The notes: generated by a model not told the origin, from the letters alone. A DNA stretch of 64,000 nt from Octopus sinensis (GCF_006345805.1 NC_043000.1:40796001-40860000); one strand, 5' to 3'; counted from the stretch's first letter, positions 14,316-28,511 are shown. A program made the numbers and translations.

Positions 14316-14547
14316 GTCGGCGAGCTGGTAGAACCGTTAGCACGCCGGGCGAAATGCGTAGCCGTATTTCGTCTGCCGTTACGTTCTGAGTTCAAATTCC
14401 GTCGAGGTTGACTTTGCCTTTCATCCTTTCGGGGTCGATTAAATAAGTACCAGTTACGCACTGGGATCGATATAATCGACTTAATCCGTTTGTCTGTCCT
14501 TGTTTGTCTCCTCTGTGTTTAGCCCCTTGTGGGTAGTAAAGAAATAT
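14316..14547 (+). mobile_element. Second tRNA-SINE family (OK/Meta-domain-like, representative); clusters at about 5600-6030, 10230-10810, 11230-12020, 19276-19930, 34925-35350, 36640-36890, 39100-39390, 41655-41960, 43970-45010, 57345-57560, 57945-58090
   Basis: Head ggcgagctggcagaa..gttagcacgccggg, box B gttcaaattcc, central ttcatcctttcggggtcgat..agtaccag; two alternative tails. Confidence 0.85.
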
Positions 14548-15191
14548 ATTTGGTCGATAAATTAGCATTAATAACTGAGTTCTAGATGAAACTTCTTGTA
14601 TTTAAGTCTAGTTTGAGTTAAAATACTGAAAAATTTCTGTGGTAAATTTGACCATTCATAACCCTTTTGATTACAAAAAATGCATCAATAATATGATGGA
14701 GTTGCGTTATTCTACTGCTGTTGATTACTCTGTTAAAACTTAAGTTCTGTGATGGTGGTGTCAGGACCTTCAACCTAGTTCTTCATTGTTTGTCTAAGTA
14801 TACATAATTGATGTGAAATAATGAAAATTCTGTATTGGTTAGTGTCTATCTTTTACCATTTACTTTTTTCAGTCATTAGACTGCGGCCATGCTGGGGCAT
14901 CGTCTTGAAGAATTTCTAATCGAATGAATCGACCCTAATACTTTTTTAAAACCTGGTACTTATTCTATCGATCTCTTTTGTCGAACCGCTGGTAACGGAA
15001 ACGTAAAACACCAATACCGGTTGTGAACAGAGGTGGGGTGGACAAATACAGACACGCACACACACAACAATGTGATTTTCAGTTCAGTCTCACTGTGTCA
15101 TATCTTGGGCAAGTGTTTTTATTATAAACTTGGGTGCACCAAAGCCTTGTGAGTGGATTTGGTAGATAGAAACTCGTCGTGTATATATATA

Positions 15192-15229
<38 letters not shown>

Positions 15230-15329
15230 CGTAACACATGGCGTAATTATAAACAGAAATTTTAGCCATTTCTCTGCAGACTGAAAACATGATATATAAA
15301 GGATAAACCAGAGATATTCAATATAACTA

Positions 15330-17713
15330 TTGGATTGACAGACTCTGCACAGGTAACGAACCTAGTAGGGCTATACATTTTATTATGCTCGTATAAGGAA
15401 CTTCCTGAAATAGGAGTGGTCTATATAGAGATGATACTCTTTTCGCCCTGTTTAATCCCTCAAATCCGGACACAGGAAAAATGTAGGAAAAAATGTTTTA
15501 GGTTCGTTAAAAACACAGGACTTCAAATATCAATACAAGAGGAGCATAACTCAGGTAACTTTCTTGATGTTAATTTAAATCTAAGTACATGTGTATACAG
15601 GTCATATCATAAACCCAATACGAACCTTAGACACATTCATAAAAATAGCAATCACCCAAAAACCATAGCCTGATCTACCGTAGAAAATATATCAATCTGC
15701 ATTACAAAATATCAAGCGCACGAAGTATTTAAACTAAATGATGACTTTTATAATTTAGCATTGGAAAAGGTGTGATTTAGAGAAAAATTAAAATTCTTTA
15801 ACAGTAGTAATAATGGAAATAAGTAATGGGATGGACTATCCCGACAATAATCAAAATAGTATGCATAATATGAAGAACACCACTAACCAAAAACAACGGA
15901 TAGTAGGAAGAGTTAAAAATAGGAAGTCTGTGCAATTAGAATATAACAACAGAGTACCTAGAAACAAAAAGAAGAGTCAAAATTTACATGAATCTGTGCC
16001 AAATAAAGAACAGAGTGGCTTAAATATGAATGGACCTACTAAGAAGTCCTATTCAAATAGGGGAGATAAACAATACATAAGCTCAGTAAATAGTACTATA
16101 CAAAAACTGACACATATAATGACAAATATAAAAGCAAACAAACCCAATTTCGTAATAAGAACCAAATAAATAGATTACACACTTTTACAAAAAGTTTAGG
16201 TCGAAATAGAAATATATACCTCAATAACATATATAATAAGTTGTATATATAACATATATAATAAGTTGTATCTAGTTGTATCGAATTGTATATAATTCCC
16301 TTCGGAAAACAAATAATTTCCAATATACCAAAATTGTTTTATCTGGCATTGACTAACCATTTTCCAAAAGACAGTAAATACTATAGAATTTTTATAACAT
16401 AGATTAGCTTTTCCTAATAGCAAAAATTTAGCACAAATTATAGCAACACACAACGCTAGTAAATTTAACAGTTTCCATATGAACAATAGCAATAATAGTA
16501 GCCAGAATTATAATTATAGATCAATAAATATCAACAATGTCAACATGAGCGAACAAACCATAAGTAACACAATTAGATATCAGGATAGGAACTCTGGTTT
16601 GACAACCAATAAAATAGAAGAGACCCAAGTGAACTCCCCCATTAGCCTGGAAGAAAAAGATGCGAATCCTAAAAACGGAGCGTTCAGAATGTTGTCTATG
16701 TGCAAAAGACTAATAGCTTAGAAGATAGACAGAAAAATATAGAAATTACATCTAGAGAACGTGAAGCGATGCTATTAATATAAGTAGGAACTATTAAATA
16801 CGATTGTGCAGGTCTAATTGTAGGCATAAAAATATCGTATACAGATGTAAGATTACCTCAGAGAATAGTGAGTATTTCTATACAGAAGCTAACTCATGTT
16901 ATATTAAGCAAAGAATTGCCAATCATTTAAGTTCGTTTAGAAATAGGAACAAAATGAATACTACCAGCCTTAGTAAGCTAATTTGGACACTAAAAAGTAG
17001 TAACAAAGTATTTTCCATTGCTTGAGTAATAATTCGTAAGGCAAAACCTTATAGAACAGTGACAATATATGTGACTTTTGTGCGGAAGAAATGTACCAAA
17101 TTTTCACTTCTAAATTTACTCTTATAAACACTAGAATAGAGCATGCTACGAGATGTCCATACTGGACAAAATATACGTTTAAACGATTTAAATAAAAATA
17201 ACTTACCATCTATAGTAATTATACTAGTTAAAATAATGATTGTGATAATTAATGATATTCATGTAAATACTACTAGTAAATATAATTATAATAATAATAA
17301 CAATGATATTAACTGAGGGTATAAACACAAAGTAAGTGAAGTACCTCTAAATAATGTACTCCATACAGTAAAATGTAAACAAAATTGTTACAATTAACTG
17401 TAATATCAATGAACATTTTAGAACCACGATTCAACTGTAATACAAGTAGAGGTGATTATAAGATCAGTATTCAATTCGATTCAGAAAGTAACGCTATAAC
17501 CTCCGACTGAATGCCAACGCAGGAAGCTTGTGTGAATTAGTTCACTTTGAAAACGTCCTAAGTGATGAACCCTTGATGAAATTACAGCGATTACGATGCA
17601 TAATGACATACAAAGAAATGTGAAGTTGTTGCTGTAGAAACGTATGTTGTTCATTTTTATTATATATGCTGTAGAAAACGTTTTAATAAAAAAAGTTTAA
17701 ATATCTATATATA

Positions 17714-17748
<35 letters not shown>

Positions 17749-17818
17749 CAAAAACTGTCTGATGAACGGCAACGAGAAACTCAGAGTTACAGATTTTGTT
17801 GAATTTTCTGCTGCTTAA

Positions 17819-17830
<12 letters not shown>
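15330..17830 (+). mobile_element. Decayed Penelope-like element, probably Naiad type
   Basis: NFLDVNLNL...YHKPN...HIHKNSNHP (RT thumb); KQRIANHLSSF...TSLSKLIWTLK...CDFC (GIY-YIG); many stops; degenerate hammerhead-like motifs at about 17565-17655 and 17755-17792. Confidence 0.7.
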
Positions 17831-17863
<33 letters not shown>

Positions 17864-18063
17864 CGCGGGTGTGGCTGTGTGTAGAAAGCTTGCTTCCCAA
17901 CCACATGATTCCGGGTTCAGTCTCATTGCGTGAAACCTCGGGCAAGTGTCTTCTACAATAGCCTCGGGCCGACCAAAGCTTTGTGAGTGGTTATGGTAGA
18001 CAGGAACTGAAAGAAGCCCGTCGTATATATACATACATATATATATATATTATATATATATAT

Positions 18064-18094
<31 letters not shown>

Positions 18095-18679
18095 GTATGT
18101 ATATGTCTGTGTTTCTGTGTTTGTTCCCCCTACCATCGTTTGACAGCCGATGATGGTGTGTTTATGACCCTTTAAATTAGCGGTTCAGCAAAAGAAACGG
18201 ATAGAATAAGTACTAGGCTTGCAAAGAATAAGTCCTGAGGGTTGATTCGTTTGACTAAAAGGTGATGCTCCTGCATGGCCGCAGGCCAGTGACTGAAACA
18301 AAATAAAAGATCTGATTTTATGTATATAACTTAGAAGCAGTTTCATCTGAGCGAGATGAACGCTGTATCTTATTTCAGTTCTCACAAATTTTAATAATTT
18401 TGGAAATCGTCAGACGGAAGTAGACTTTGAATGCATCAAGGTTTATCTCTCCGTTAACGAAACACCGAATATTTTGTTATATTTTGTTATAAACTGTCCA
18501 GGCCTAAAATATATATCTATTTACAAATATTATTTTGGATAATGTGGTCCTCCATTCATTAATTTTGAAAACCAAAAGAGCATATTTTCTTGGCTTGGAC
18601 GTCTTTTTTTCCATAGATTTGCTTCATCAGAGTTCACTTACTGCAATGAAAAGACAACTACCAGAGGAGAAGGAGCAGG

Positions 18680-18870
18680 AGGAAGAAGAAGAAGAAGAAG
18701 AAGAAGAAGAAGAAGAAGAGAAGAAGAAGAAGAAGAAGAAGAAGAAGAAGAAGAATAAGAAGAAGAAGAAAGAAGAAAAGAAGAAGAAGAAGAAGAAAGA
18801 AGAAGAAGAAGGAAGAAGAAGAAGAAGAAGAAGAAGAAGAAGAAGAAGAAGAAGAAGAAGAAGAAGAATC
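18680..18870. repeat. (GAA)n microsatellite, one of many (TA, CA, TACA, TATC, TAA) tracts in the window
   Basis: Directly visible. Confidence 0.98.
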
Positions 18871-19031
18871 AGCACAGCAACAGCAACAATAACAAATCAA
18901 TAACGACCACGACAGCGGCAGCGACAACGATGACAACACCTGATAACTGAACAGTCAACTATCACGATTCGATTATCTACAAGCCGCCTTTTCACTTTCG
19001 ACTTTTCCAGTCCACGCATATTTAAACAATA

Positions 19032-19253
19032 CAGTAATCCCTCGACTATCGCGGGGGTTACGGTCCAAAACATACCGCGATAGGTGAAAATCTGCGAAGT
19101 AGAAACAGTACTGTATTATATATTTTTAAAATTATGTTTATAATTTGTATGTATCTATTTTATTATAAATGCAAAACACCACCACGAAGGAATCGACGTA
19201 AGCTTAAATAACAAACTGAGATAGGTGAACCGCGATATGACGAAGGATTACTG
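19032..19253. mobile_element. pogo/Tigger-like MITE (222 bp)
   Basis: TIRs CAGTAATCC(C/T)TCG...ATCGCGG with TA target duplication on both sides. Confidence 0.8.
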
Positions 19254-20368
19254 TACCATTATATAACGATGTTCCAAGGCGGCGAACTGGCCGAACCGTT
19301 AGCACGCCGGGCAAAATGCTTATCGGAATTTCCTCCGGGGTTCAAATTCCGCTGAGGTCGACTTTGCTTTAAGGCGGTGAGCTGGCAGAAACGCTAGCAC
19401 GCCGGGCGAAATGCGTAGCCGTATTTCGTCTGCCGTTACGTTCTGAGTTCAAATTCTGTCGAGGTCGACTTTGCCTTTCATCCTTTCGGGGTCGATTAAA
19501 TAAGTACCAGTTACGCAGTGGGGTCGATATAATCGACTTAATCCGTTTGTCTGTCCTTGTTTGTCCTATCTGTGTTTAGCCCCTTGTGGGTAGTAAAGAA
19601 ATAGGTATTTCGTCTGCCGTTACGTTCTGAGTTCAAATTCCGCCTAGGTCGACTTTGCTGTTCATCCTTTCAGGGTCGATAAATTAAGTACCAGTTGCGC
19701 ACTGGGGTTGATGTAATCGACTTAATCCGTTTGTCTGTCCTTGTTTGTTCCCTCTATGTTTAGCCCCTTGTGTACAATAAAGAAACAGGCATTTCGCGTG
19801 TTTTTGTTCTAAGTTCAAATTCTTCCAATATCGACTTTCTTCTTTGGTGTCAATAAAACAAGTACCAGTTGAGCACTGAGGTTTATGTAATCGACTTACC
19901 CTCTCCCCTTAATTTCAGGCTTTGCATCTTTAGCAGATAAGATTACATAGTTAGAACTAAGTAGAGCTAGAGAACGAATGCATTATTCTGAAGTTTTACT
20001 CCAGCATAATAATTAATTAATTTCACAATGACTCTTGAGACATTCATCCAATGATCAATATGAGACTTCCATTTACCATCAACTCCGATCTCTGCTTCAC
20101 ATAATGGACGACATGTTACCGCGTTGTAACTTCTCAATCAGGAATAATTTCAGCGTTTATATGAAACAAGCAACTGTTATCTCTCTAGAAAGATGGCTAC
20201 GTACATAGAAAATATTGTAGAATGTCTGTATCTCAGGAAACAGTGAAAGAGTCGTTGAAGGATAAAAACATTCGTGTCTAATGGCGTAACTATCGGTCAT
20301 ATTATGTTAATATAAGGTAATTAAGATCATGATTTTGTGTGAAAAGTATAGATAAAATATTAACTTAC

Positions 20369-20410
20369 TGTCTGTTTTTGCTGCTTCATTTGTAGAACTG
20401 TTGGTAGTAT
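20369..20410 (-). CDS. Micro-exon 20 (42 nt, phase 1-1), (D)TTNSSTNEAAKTD
   Basis: Acceptor tttcttccatttctag, donor gtaagt; NSS sequon. Confidence 0.85.
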
Positions 20411-21582
20411 CTAGAAATGGAAGAAATAATACAAGTTCATTTTGAAAATGAAGACAGTTGTTTTTATTTTTTCATCTTTTAGTCAGTAGGGAGGGTCCTT
20501 AAAAGTCATCTTATACTCATGGGAAGATGGGAGGAAGGAAGGTATCCTTAAACAGGAATCCGGGTTCAGTCGCGCTGTGTGGCATCTTGGGTAAGTGTCT
20601 CCAACTATAGCCTCGACCCAACCAAAGCATTGTGAGTGGATTTGGTAGACGGAAGCTGAAAGAAGCCCGTCGTACATACGTATATATCTGTATGTATTTG
20701 TGTTTCTGTATTTGCCCCCTCCACCATCGCTTGAAAACCGGTGTTAGCGTGTTTACGTCCCCATAACTTAGCAGTTCGGCAAAAGAGTGAGGTAGAATAA
20801 GTGCTAGGCTTACAAAGAATAAGTCTTGGGGTCGATTTGTTCGACTAAAGGCAATACTCCAGGATGGTCGCAGTCAAATTTAGAAATAGGAGTTAAAAAT
20901 TCCTTTGCTACTATAAGAATCTCCATGACGGTAAACATACTTTTTTACGAAAGCAAAGGGAAAAAACAATGAATCAACACGACCTGGATTAACTATATGT
21001 TATGGCTATTGTATAGCAATTCAGTGAAAGTTGCTTTTAGCGGATATAAGAAATAAGTAATTTGAACATGTTACTCAATATGGTAATAATTAAATAGATT
21101 GATTGATTTATAGAATAGTCACTTCTGAATGCGTAGAGATAAAAATTTTAGTGTAACAAATTGTTTACACAGTAATGCTAAAATTTTGTGTCTATTAAAA
21201 GAAAAAAAAAAGATACATTTCATATTAAATTAGGAATCGTGGAGTGTCATTGCCTCAGGAAATACTAAGGGTTTGTTGAGTCATCGAAATACTGATCTAT
21301 CTGCGCATGTAACTATCGGCTGTTTTTTTTAGGACATGGTCTTATTCACATCTCAATCACGATAATTTGAAGTTCACAGACATACATACAACATCCATCC
21401 ATCCATACATAAATACATACATACTTGCACACATGCACACGCACATGCACACCACACATACTCACGCGCACACACACACATACAAGGCACACACACGCAC
21501 ACCACCACACACCCACGCGCACCCACGCGCGATCGCACACACACACATACATACACACAGACATGTATATCAAAGGACTTAC

Positions 21583-21630
21583 CGTTTTCAGCTATAGCAG
21601 TATCAGCTTCATCTTTGATTGAATTTAGAA
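21583..21630 (-). CDS. Exon 19 (48 nt, phase 1-1), (V)LNSIKDEADTAIAEN
   Basis: Acceptor tatttcctccag, donor ACG|gtaagt. Confidence 0.85.
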
Positions 21631-22326
21631 CTGGAGGAAATAGCTTAAGTCAATTCAGAGAATAAATACAATTTATAATAATTTATACAAAGTATTTCTT
21701 TGATGACTTTGAGAGATAGAGATCATAGAGCTGCCAGGTCACTGTACATTTTAATTTCAAAGAATTCAGGCTCTTGATTAATTCAATTATATTCCGAACA
21801 AAAAATTGTTGCCTTTCGTTCATCATTACGGATCATTGCCTTAAACAACATTTTTTCTTTCTTTTGAATCAATATTAATTTAGAATGAGATGAATCTTTT
21901 GTAAATTTTATAACTCGGTATGAATTATTGTCTTACAAATATAAGAATATTTTGTAAATGCTAGAAATCAATATTAATCATTACCTTACAAAGCATGGGT
22001 ACTTTGCGTATTAATTTTTAGCTTGCACAAACAGGAAAATTTTTGTCAACATCAGAAATCAAGATTAGTACTGGCCACACGAAGAAAATAGTCTTGATGT
22101 TCTTGAAGATGCAGAGGCCATATAGAATTGAGTCCATGAAACCGTGAGGGCACAAAAAGATGTACCTTAAATTATTCAGTTACTATTGACAATATAAATT
22201 ACCAGATATGCCCCAGCAGTTAAGAAAGTAACGTCGTAGTGATGTGGTTCTGTGTTCTACTGTGCGTTATTTTTGGAAAGTGTCTTCTTCTGTAGACTTA
22301 GTTTGATCAACGCCTTGAATATTTAC

Positions 22327-22353
22327 CTTTTTCTATAACGCCTTTCAGTTGTA
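22327..22353 (-). CDS. Micro-exon 18 (27 nt, phase 1-1), xQLKGVIEK
   Basis: Acceptor aattcctag, donor AAG|gtaaat. Confidence 0.55.
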
Positions 22354-23327
22354 CTAGGAATTCTTATATATAGAGATACCCTTTAATTATATGAAAATTA
22401 TACTGTTTCATGAATATCTGTTTCATGAATATTCCAAAATTTTCACAAGTATCAACAAACGTTTGGGTGAGTGCTTCAACTTCTTTCCGTTTCATTTGTT
22501 TAAATAGATTAAACACATTTTACCGGATAATATCTGGAGAGTGTGACGATGTGATATATAATCCAGCCAAACATTTAAATGTTTTTTGTCTTAATTACCA
22601 AACTCCCTCTCCGAAATACCTACATAAACATTCAACCTAAAATATGTTTACATCTAAAACGTCATGTGATGTATATGATTTTAACTTCGTAAGATATCTT
22701 GCCGATTAAGTTGAACATATCTTACATATCTTATAAAAGATATGTAACAAGTTTTCTTTGTTTTAGGTTTAAGGGTTCTCCTTAATATGAGTAAACGTAC
22801 ATCTATAAATGAACTATTGGCTGCAGATTTCGTCAAAACAGCTGACTATAAGTTTACATCGTGAATTGGTAGAATATAACCATGTCATCTCACAAGACAG
22901 TTCTCTTCAGCACACTCCTTACAAAGTCAAGGTCATTTCCTTCTTTTCATCTAAGATGCGTAAAATGCTGGAAGGAGATGATACGTGTGTGTATGTGTGC
23001 ATGTATATATACATGTGCATATATATAAATTTTTTCCGAATTTATGTGAATGTGTATAGAATAATATATCTGTTGAATAAAGTTAAAACATGGTCTGGTT
23101 TTCATATTTTCTTATTATGGTATTTTAACATTAAAAGAATATTTTGTAATGTATATAAAGATCAATTAGTACTTTCATACGTTTGTAGTTATCATCAGAT
23201 TTCAAAATGTATTTAATTGACAGTTTAGTTCTTGACAACTGTAGTATTTCTTAGAACGCTCCAACAAGCTAAAGTTTTGGAATACGGTTTTGACCAATCC
23301 GCATGCAGCTTGGTCGTGTTTGTGTGT

Positions 23328-23373
<46 letters not shown>

Positions 23374-23970
23374 TGTGTGTGTGTTTGTGTGTATTTGATC
23401 TTGTTTTTTACAGTACAAAACTTAAGTGAAAAGGAATTTCGGTGATTTTTTGTTGCACATAATTTTAAATGTTCACTGAGAGGAATCTGTCCAGTATTAG
23501 GATTTCGTATTCGTTGCCTATGAATTATTAATTGAATTTAAATTATTGTTATTCGAATTGGTTACGGGTATGAAACGATCTTAGTGTTTTTACTCTTTAT
23601 CTTATTGATACTTTTTGATAGTTTAAAAAAATATATATATAAATATAAAAATATAAAAATATAAAATAAATAAATAAAAAATATAAATAAAAATAAAAAT
23701 ATAAAAAAATAAATAATTAAATAAAATAATAATAAATATATATATATTTATAATTTATAAGTTTAAATTATTATTTAAGTAATTTTTTAAAATTTTAACT
23801 TTAATTTAAATATTTTAATTGGATTTTTATATATTTATATTTTATATTTTTTTAATATTTTTTAAAATTAATGTTATTGCTATGTATTGGCTTATGATTT
23901 TCACTATTTGATTTGTCTAGTAGTGGTTTTATCTCTAATTTAATAATAATATATATATATATATATATAC

Positions 23971-24003
<33 letters not shown>

Positions 24004-24259
24004 TATATATATATGTATGTATGTGTGTGTATATGTTTGAGTATCTGTGTTTGTCCCCTAACATCGCTTGACAAATGATGCTGGTGTGTTTACGTCCCCG
24101 TAACCTAGCGGTTCGGCAAATAAGACCGATAGAATAAGTACTAGGCTTACAAAGAATAAGTCCTGGGGTCTATTTGCTCGACTAAAGGCGGTGCTTCAGC
24201 ATGGCCGCAGTCAAATGACTGAAACAAGCAAAAGAGTAAGAGAGTAAAGAGTAACTTAC

Positions 24260-24301
24260 TTTTGGCGACTTTAGGGTTAAAAGGTGTATCGTCGGAACTG
24301 G
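24260..24301 (-). CDS. Repeat exon copy A (42 nt), xSSDDTPFNPKVAK
   Basis: Long pyrimidine tract then ag; donor gtaagt; homologous to copies B-F. Confidence 0.8.
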
Positions 24302-25418
24302 CTAAAAAGGGCAAAAGAAAAAGAAAAGAAACAAAATATTTTTATTGAATTTATAAGAAATACTTTTTCACTAGTTGAAAGATCTGGTGTATGCCTATTG
24401 AGCGGATCCCTATATGGTAGCGTACTGGAAATCACACCGCTACCATATTAAAATAAAGATAAACTAGTTCACGTAAATCTTGATATAACTGGCTGGCTCA
24501 TTTTATAACAATTGACCTTTATGAAGTCAAGGCCATATTCTCTTTTTTTATCTAAGGTGCGTAAAATGCTGGAAGAAGATAATACGTGTGTGTATGTGTG
24601 TATGTATATATACATGTGCATATATATATATATATTCCGAATTTGTTCGAATGTATATAGAATGATATATCAGTTAAAACATGGCCTGGTTTTCACCTTT
24701 TGTATTATGGTATTTTAACATTAAAAGATCATTTGTAATGTATATAAAGATCAATTAGTGCTTTCATAAGTTCTTAGTAATCATCACATTTCGAAATGTA
24801 TTTAATTGACAGTTTAGTTCTTGACAACTGTAACACCTCTTCGAACACTCCAAGCTAACGATTTGGTTTACGGTTTTGACCAATCCGCATGCAGCTTGGT
24901 CGTGCGTGTGTTTGTGTGTGCGTGCGTGTGTGTGTGTATTTGATCTTGTTTTTTTATAGAACAAAAATTAAGTGAGAGGGAATTTCGGTGATTTTTTGTT
25001 GCTCATAAGTTTAAATGTTCACTGAGAGGAATCTGTCTAGTATTAGAAACTCGTATTTGTTGCCTATGAATACTGAGTCTGTTTCTCAAAATCTCGTTTG
25101 ACTTTTGTAATTTTCGTTGCAACGACTACATTTAATAGGATAAAATGCAGTCTTTGATGAAAACGTGAAATTATTTTTACAATGAAAGTTGTTTTTAAGC
25201 ATAAATTTACGCACACATACACACACGCATGCATATGTATGTTTACCAACATAGGCGCAGGAGTGGCTGTGTGGTAAATAGCTTGCTTACTAACCACATG
25301 GTTCCAGGTTCAGTCGCAATGCGTAGCACCTTGGGCAAGTGTCTTCTGCTATAGCCCCGGGCCGACCAAAGCCTTGTGAGTAGATTTGGTATACGGAAAC
25401 TGAAAGAAGCTCGTCATA

Positions 25419-25515
<97 letters not shown>

Positions 25516-25753
25516 TGTGTGGGTATGCTTTTGTGTCTGTGTTTGTCCCCCCAACATCACTTGACAACCGATGCTGGTGTGTTTACGTCCCCGTAACTTA
25601 ACGGAACGGCAAAAGAGACAGAGAGAATAAGTACTAGGCTTACAAAGAATAATCCTGGGGTCGATTTGCTCGACTAAAGGCGGTGCTTCAACATGGCCGC
25701 AGTCAAATGACTGAAACAAGCAAAAGAGTAAAAGAGAGTAAATAGTAACTTAC

Positions 25754-25795
25754 CGAAAGCGGCTTCAGGGTTAAATCCTGTATCGACGAAACTAG
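25754..25795 (-). CDS. Repeat exon copy B (42 nt), xSFVDTGFNPEAAF
   Basis: Acceptor tttcttttaccattttcag, donor gtaagt. Confidence 0.85.
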
Positions 25796-26143
25796 CTGAA
25801 AATGGTAAAAGAAAAAGAAAAGAAATAAAATATTTTTTTAAAGTAAAGACTACATTTATTGAATTAATAAGAAATACTTTTTCACTAGTTGAAAGATCTG
25901 GTGTATGCCTATTGAGCGGATCCCTATATGGTAGCGTACTGGAAATCACATCGCTACCATATTAAAATAAAGATAAACTAGTTCATGTAGATCTTGATGT
26001 AACTGGCTGACTCGTTTTATAACTATTGACCTTTATGAAGTCAAGGCCATATTCTCTTTTTTATCTAAGGTGCGTAAAATGCTGGAAGAAGATGATACGT
26101 GTGTGTATGTGTGTATGTATATATACATGTGCATATATATATA

Positions 26144-26190
<47 letters not shown>

Positions 26191-26192
<2 letters not shown>

Positions 26193-28390
26193 GATATCGG
26201 GACGCACTTTTCAATACTGTTCCAAGAACACACCATAAATCACAACAGGGCACCCCACGTCAACAAGGAACAACTATATGATAGCTACCGTCCCAACCAC
26301 CGCATTCATTTTTTAGACCCAATACGCAAACACAGAGACACAAGATATCACCAAACAGGCAGGAGGACTTACATACCCAGTTTCATCAGGGATGACATCG
26401 ACTTCCAGTCCCATCTTCCCAAAACAACAGAAACAAATTCAGTTTTACTAAGTTTTGATGTGGTAAGCCTCTACACCAATATTCCACACGATTTGGGAAT
26501 AAAGGCGATTAAATACTGGTTAGAAAAACACAGAGAAGTGATTCCCAGAAGATTCACAGTGCCATTTATATTAGACACAGTCAAACTTATTCTAGAAAAC
26601 AACACATTCTTCTTCAATGGAAAGAATTACATCCAAATTAGAGGTACGGCGATGAGAACGAGGTTTGCTCCTGTTTACGCCAACTCTGTAATGGGATACT
26701 TAGAACAACAACTCTACAAAGAGGTGGAGGTAAACTATGGCACTGGATTTAGAAAGTATATTGAAAAGGCATGGAAGAGATACCTTGATGACTGCTTCAT
26801 AATCTGGACAGAATCTCTAAATACTCTGGAAGAGTTCAATATCCTCCTGAACAACCTGCACCCATCACTCCAATTTACAAAGGAGATGAGTAGTACCAAA
26901 TTACCATTCCTAGATATAATGGTAATTAAAAAAGACACCACCATCACCACAGATATATACTATAAACACACAGACACACATCAATACCTAAATTTTAAGT
27001 CGTGCCATCCACCACATACAAAACGCAACATCCCATACTGCCTAGCCAGAAGAACTTGTACCATTATAGAAGATGCAAATATCAGGAACAAACGCCTAAC
27101 AGAACTAAGAGAATTTTTGCTCAAACAAAAATACCCATCTCTATTTATAGAAAATGGCATACAGCGGGCTATAAAAATACCCATACAACAACTTAGGACA
27201 ACCCAAGGAAGGGGAAAACAAGAACAAGTCATACCATTCATAGTGACACACAACCCATGTCACCAGAATATCTTCAACATTGCCAAAGCAAAACTACCAA
27301 TCATTGCCCAAAGTAATGAATTAAAAGACATAATCACGGATCGAGCTTTGGTTCTTAGTAAAAGACAGCCTAAAATCTTGAAAAAATTACTAACAAAGGC
27401 AAAATTTGACCTTAGCAACAAAGACCAAACATTCACTGTATCTAAATGCAATGATAGCTGATGTGGCACATGCCAATTCATACATACCGGCCAATATATA
27501 AACACAAAAACCGGGAAAATATTCACAAACGCGAATATTTAATTTACTGCATCAAATGCCCAAATTGTGAAGAAATATATGTAGGTCAGACGGGAAATGC
27601 ACTATCAGAACGCTCACGTGTACACCGACAGCAGATTAGAGACCCAGAGGTCCGTCAGATACCTTTGAGTGACCACCTAGCAACATGTGGTCGGAAAATA
27701 TATATAATATTTCCATTCTACAAATAATACAGCTCAAGTGAAATCGAGAGGAAAATCAGAGAAAAGAATTTAATTGATAAATTCGAACCCAAGCTAAATA
27801 AGCAATAATAATAATACTTAGATAGCAGGAAAACTATCTTATTTAGGGCTAAAAGTTCTATTGCCACTACCATCACCACTAGCAACAATAATTAAGGTGC
27901 TGACAATGATAATGATAACAATTGAAATATAAAAATATAAAAATCTCTGACAAGGCTATTTACAACATTTCTAAAAATAGCCCAACAATTGCTGCTTCGG
28001 CCAGGGTCAAGATACAGGACTCTTGACATGTCCAACAAAGCGTGACGCCTAAACCAATCAGCTCAACCAACCAATCAGCTTAAGTAACTGAGTGATACTA
28101 CACACTGATTGGTCAGAATACAGTTTGCAAAACCTAGCAATCTGAAGCCTACACAGCTGTATTTAAGGTACAGATTCAATCATCTCGCTACAGTCAAAAA
28201 TTGTGAAGCATGACTGTTACCACTACTACATGAACCTGAAGATTGCAGAATTTAATGCATGAAAGTACTAGTTCAATCAGAATGAACATTTAACATTCTA
28301 TTATTTTATTTTATTTTATTATATTATATTATCTTATATCATTATAAGATTGTAAATAAAACGTGAAAATCAGACAAGGTTGGAATTCCT
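26191..28390 (+). mobile_element. Penelope-like element (RT and GIY-YIG) with 3' pseudo-LTR, degenerate, antisense in an intron
   Basis: SFDVVSLYTNIP, GTAM, RYLDD, LPFLD; IYCIKCPNCEEIYVGQT; TGA at 27459 and later frameshifts; hammerhead downstream; flanked by (TA)n. Confidence 0.9.
28231..28275 (+). ncRNA. Minimal type I hammerhead ribozyme of the Penelope pLTR
   Basis: tgaac-CTGAAGA-ttgca gaatttaa tgcat-GAAA-gtac-TA-gttca; stem I 5 bp, stem II tgca/tgca, palindromic stem III AGTACT. Confidence 0.8.
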
Positions 28391-28458
28391 TTTATTAATA
28401 TATTCTTCTATACACAATCACACACACCCGTATATATATCTATATATATATAATATAT

Positions 28459-28511
<53 letters not shown>

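Noticed and set aside
18535-18939. Poly-E/K/R and poly-L/S/F ORFs
   Set aside because: Translations of a (GAA)n tract.
22801-22841. Candidate exon xVLTKSAANSSFID
   Set aside because: 41 nt, not symmetric, with a weak acceptor; could be rescued only by an assembly indel.
22920-22955. Possible second exon in the 1.1-kb unit (DEKKEMTLT-like)
   Set aside because: 28 nt here, and the other copies have an in-frame TAA and no good donor.
23600-23880. A-rich followed by T-rich block suggesting a hairpin
   Set aside because: Nearly pure A/T low complexity, so the apparent symmetry is not informative.
26070-26190. N-terminal part of the 463-aa ORF
   Set aside because: Belongs to the tandem unit and (TA)n, not the Penelope; it is in frame by chance.
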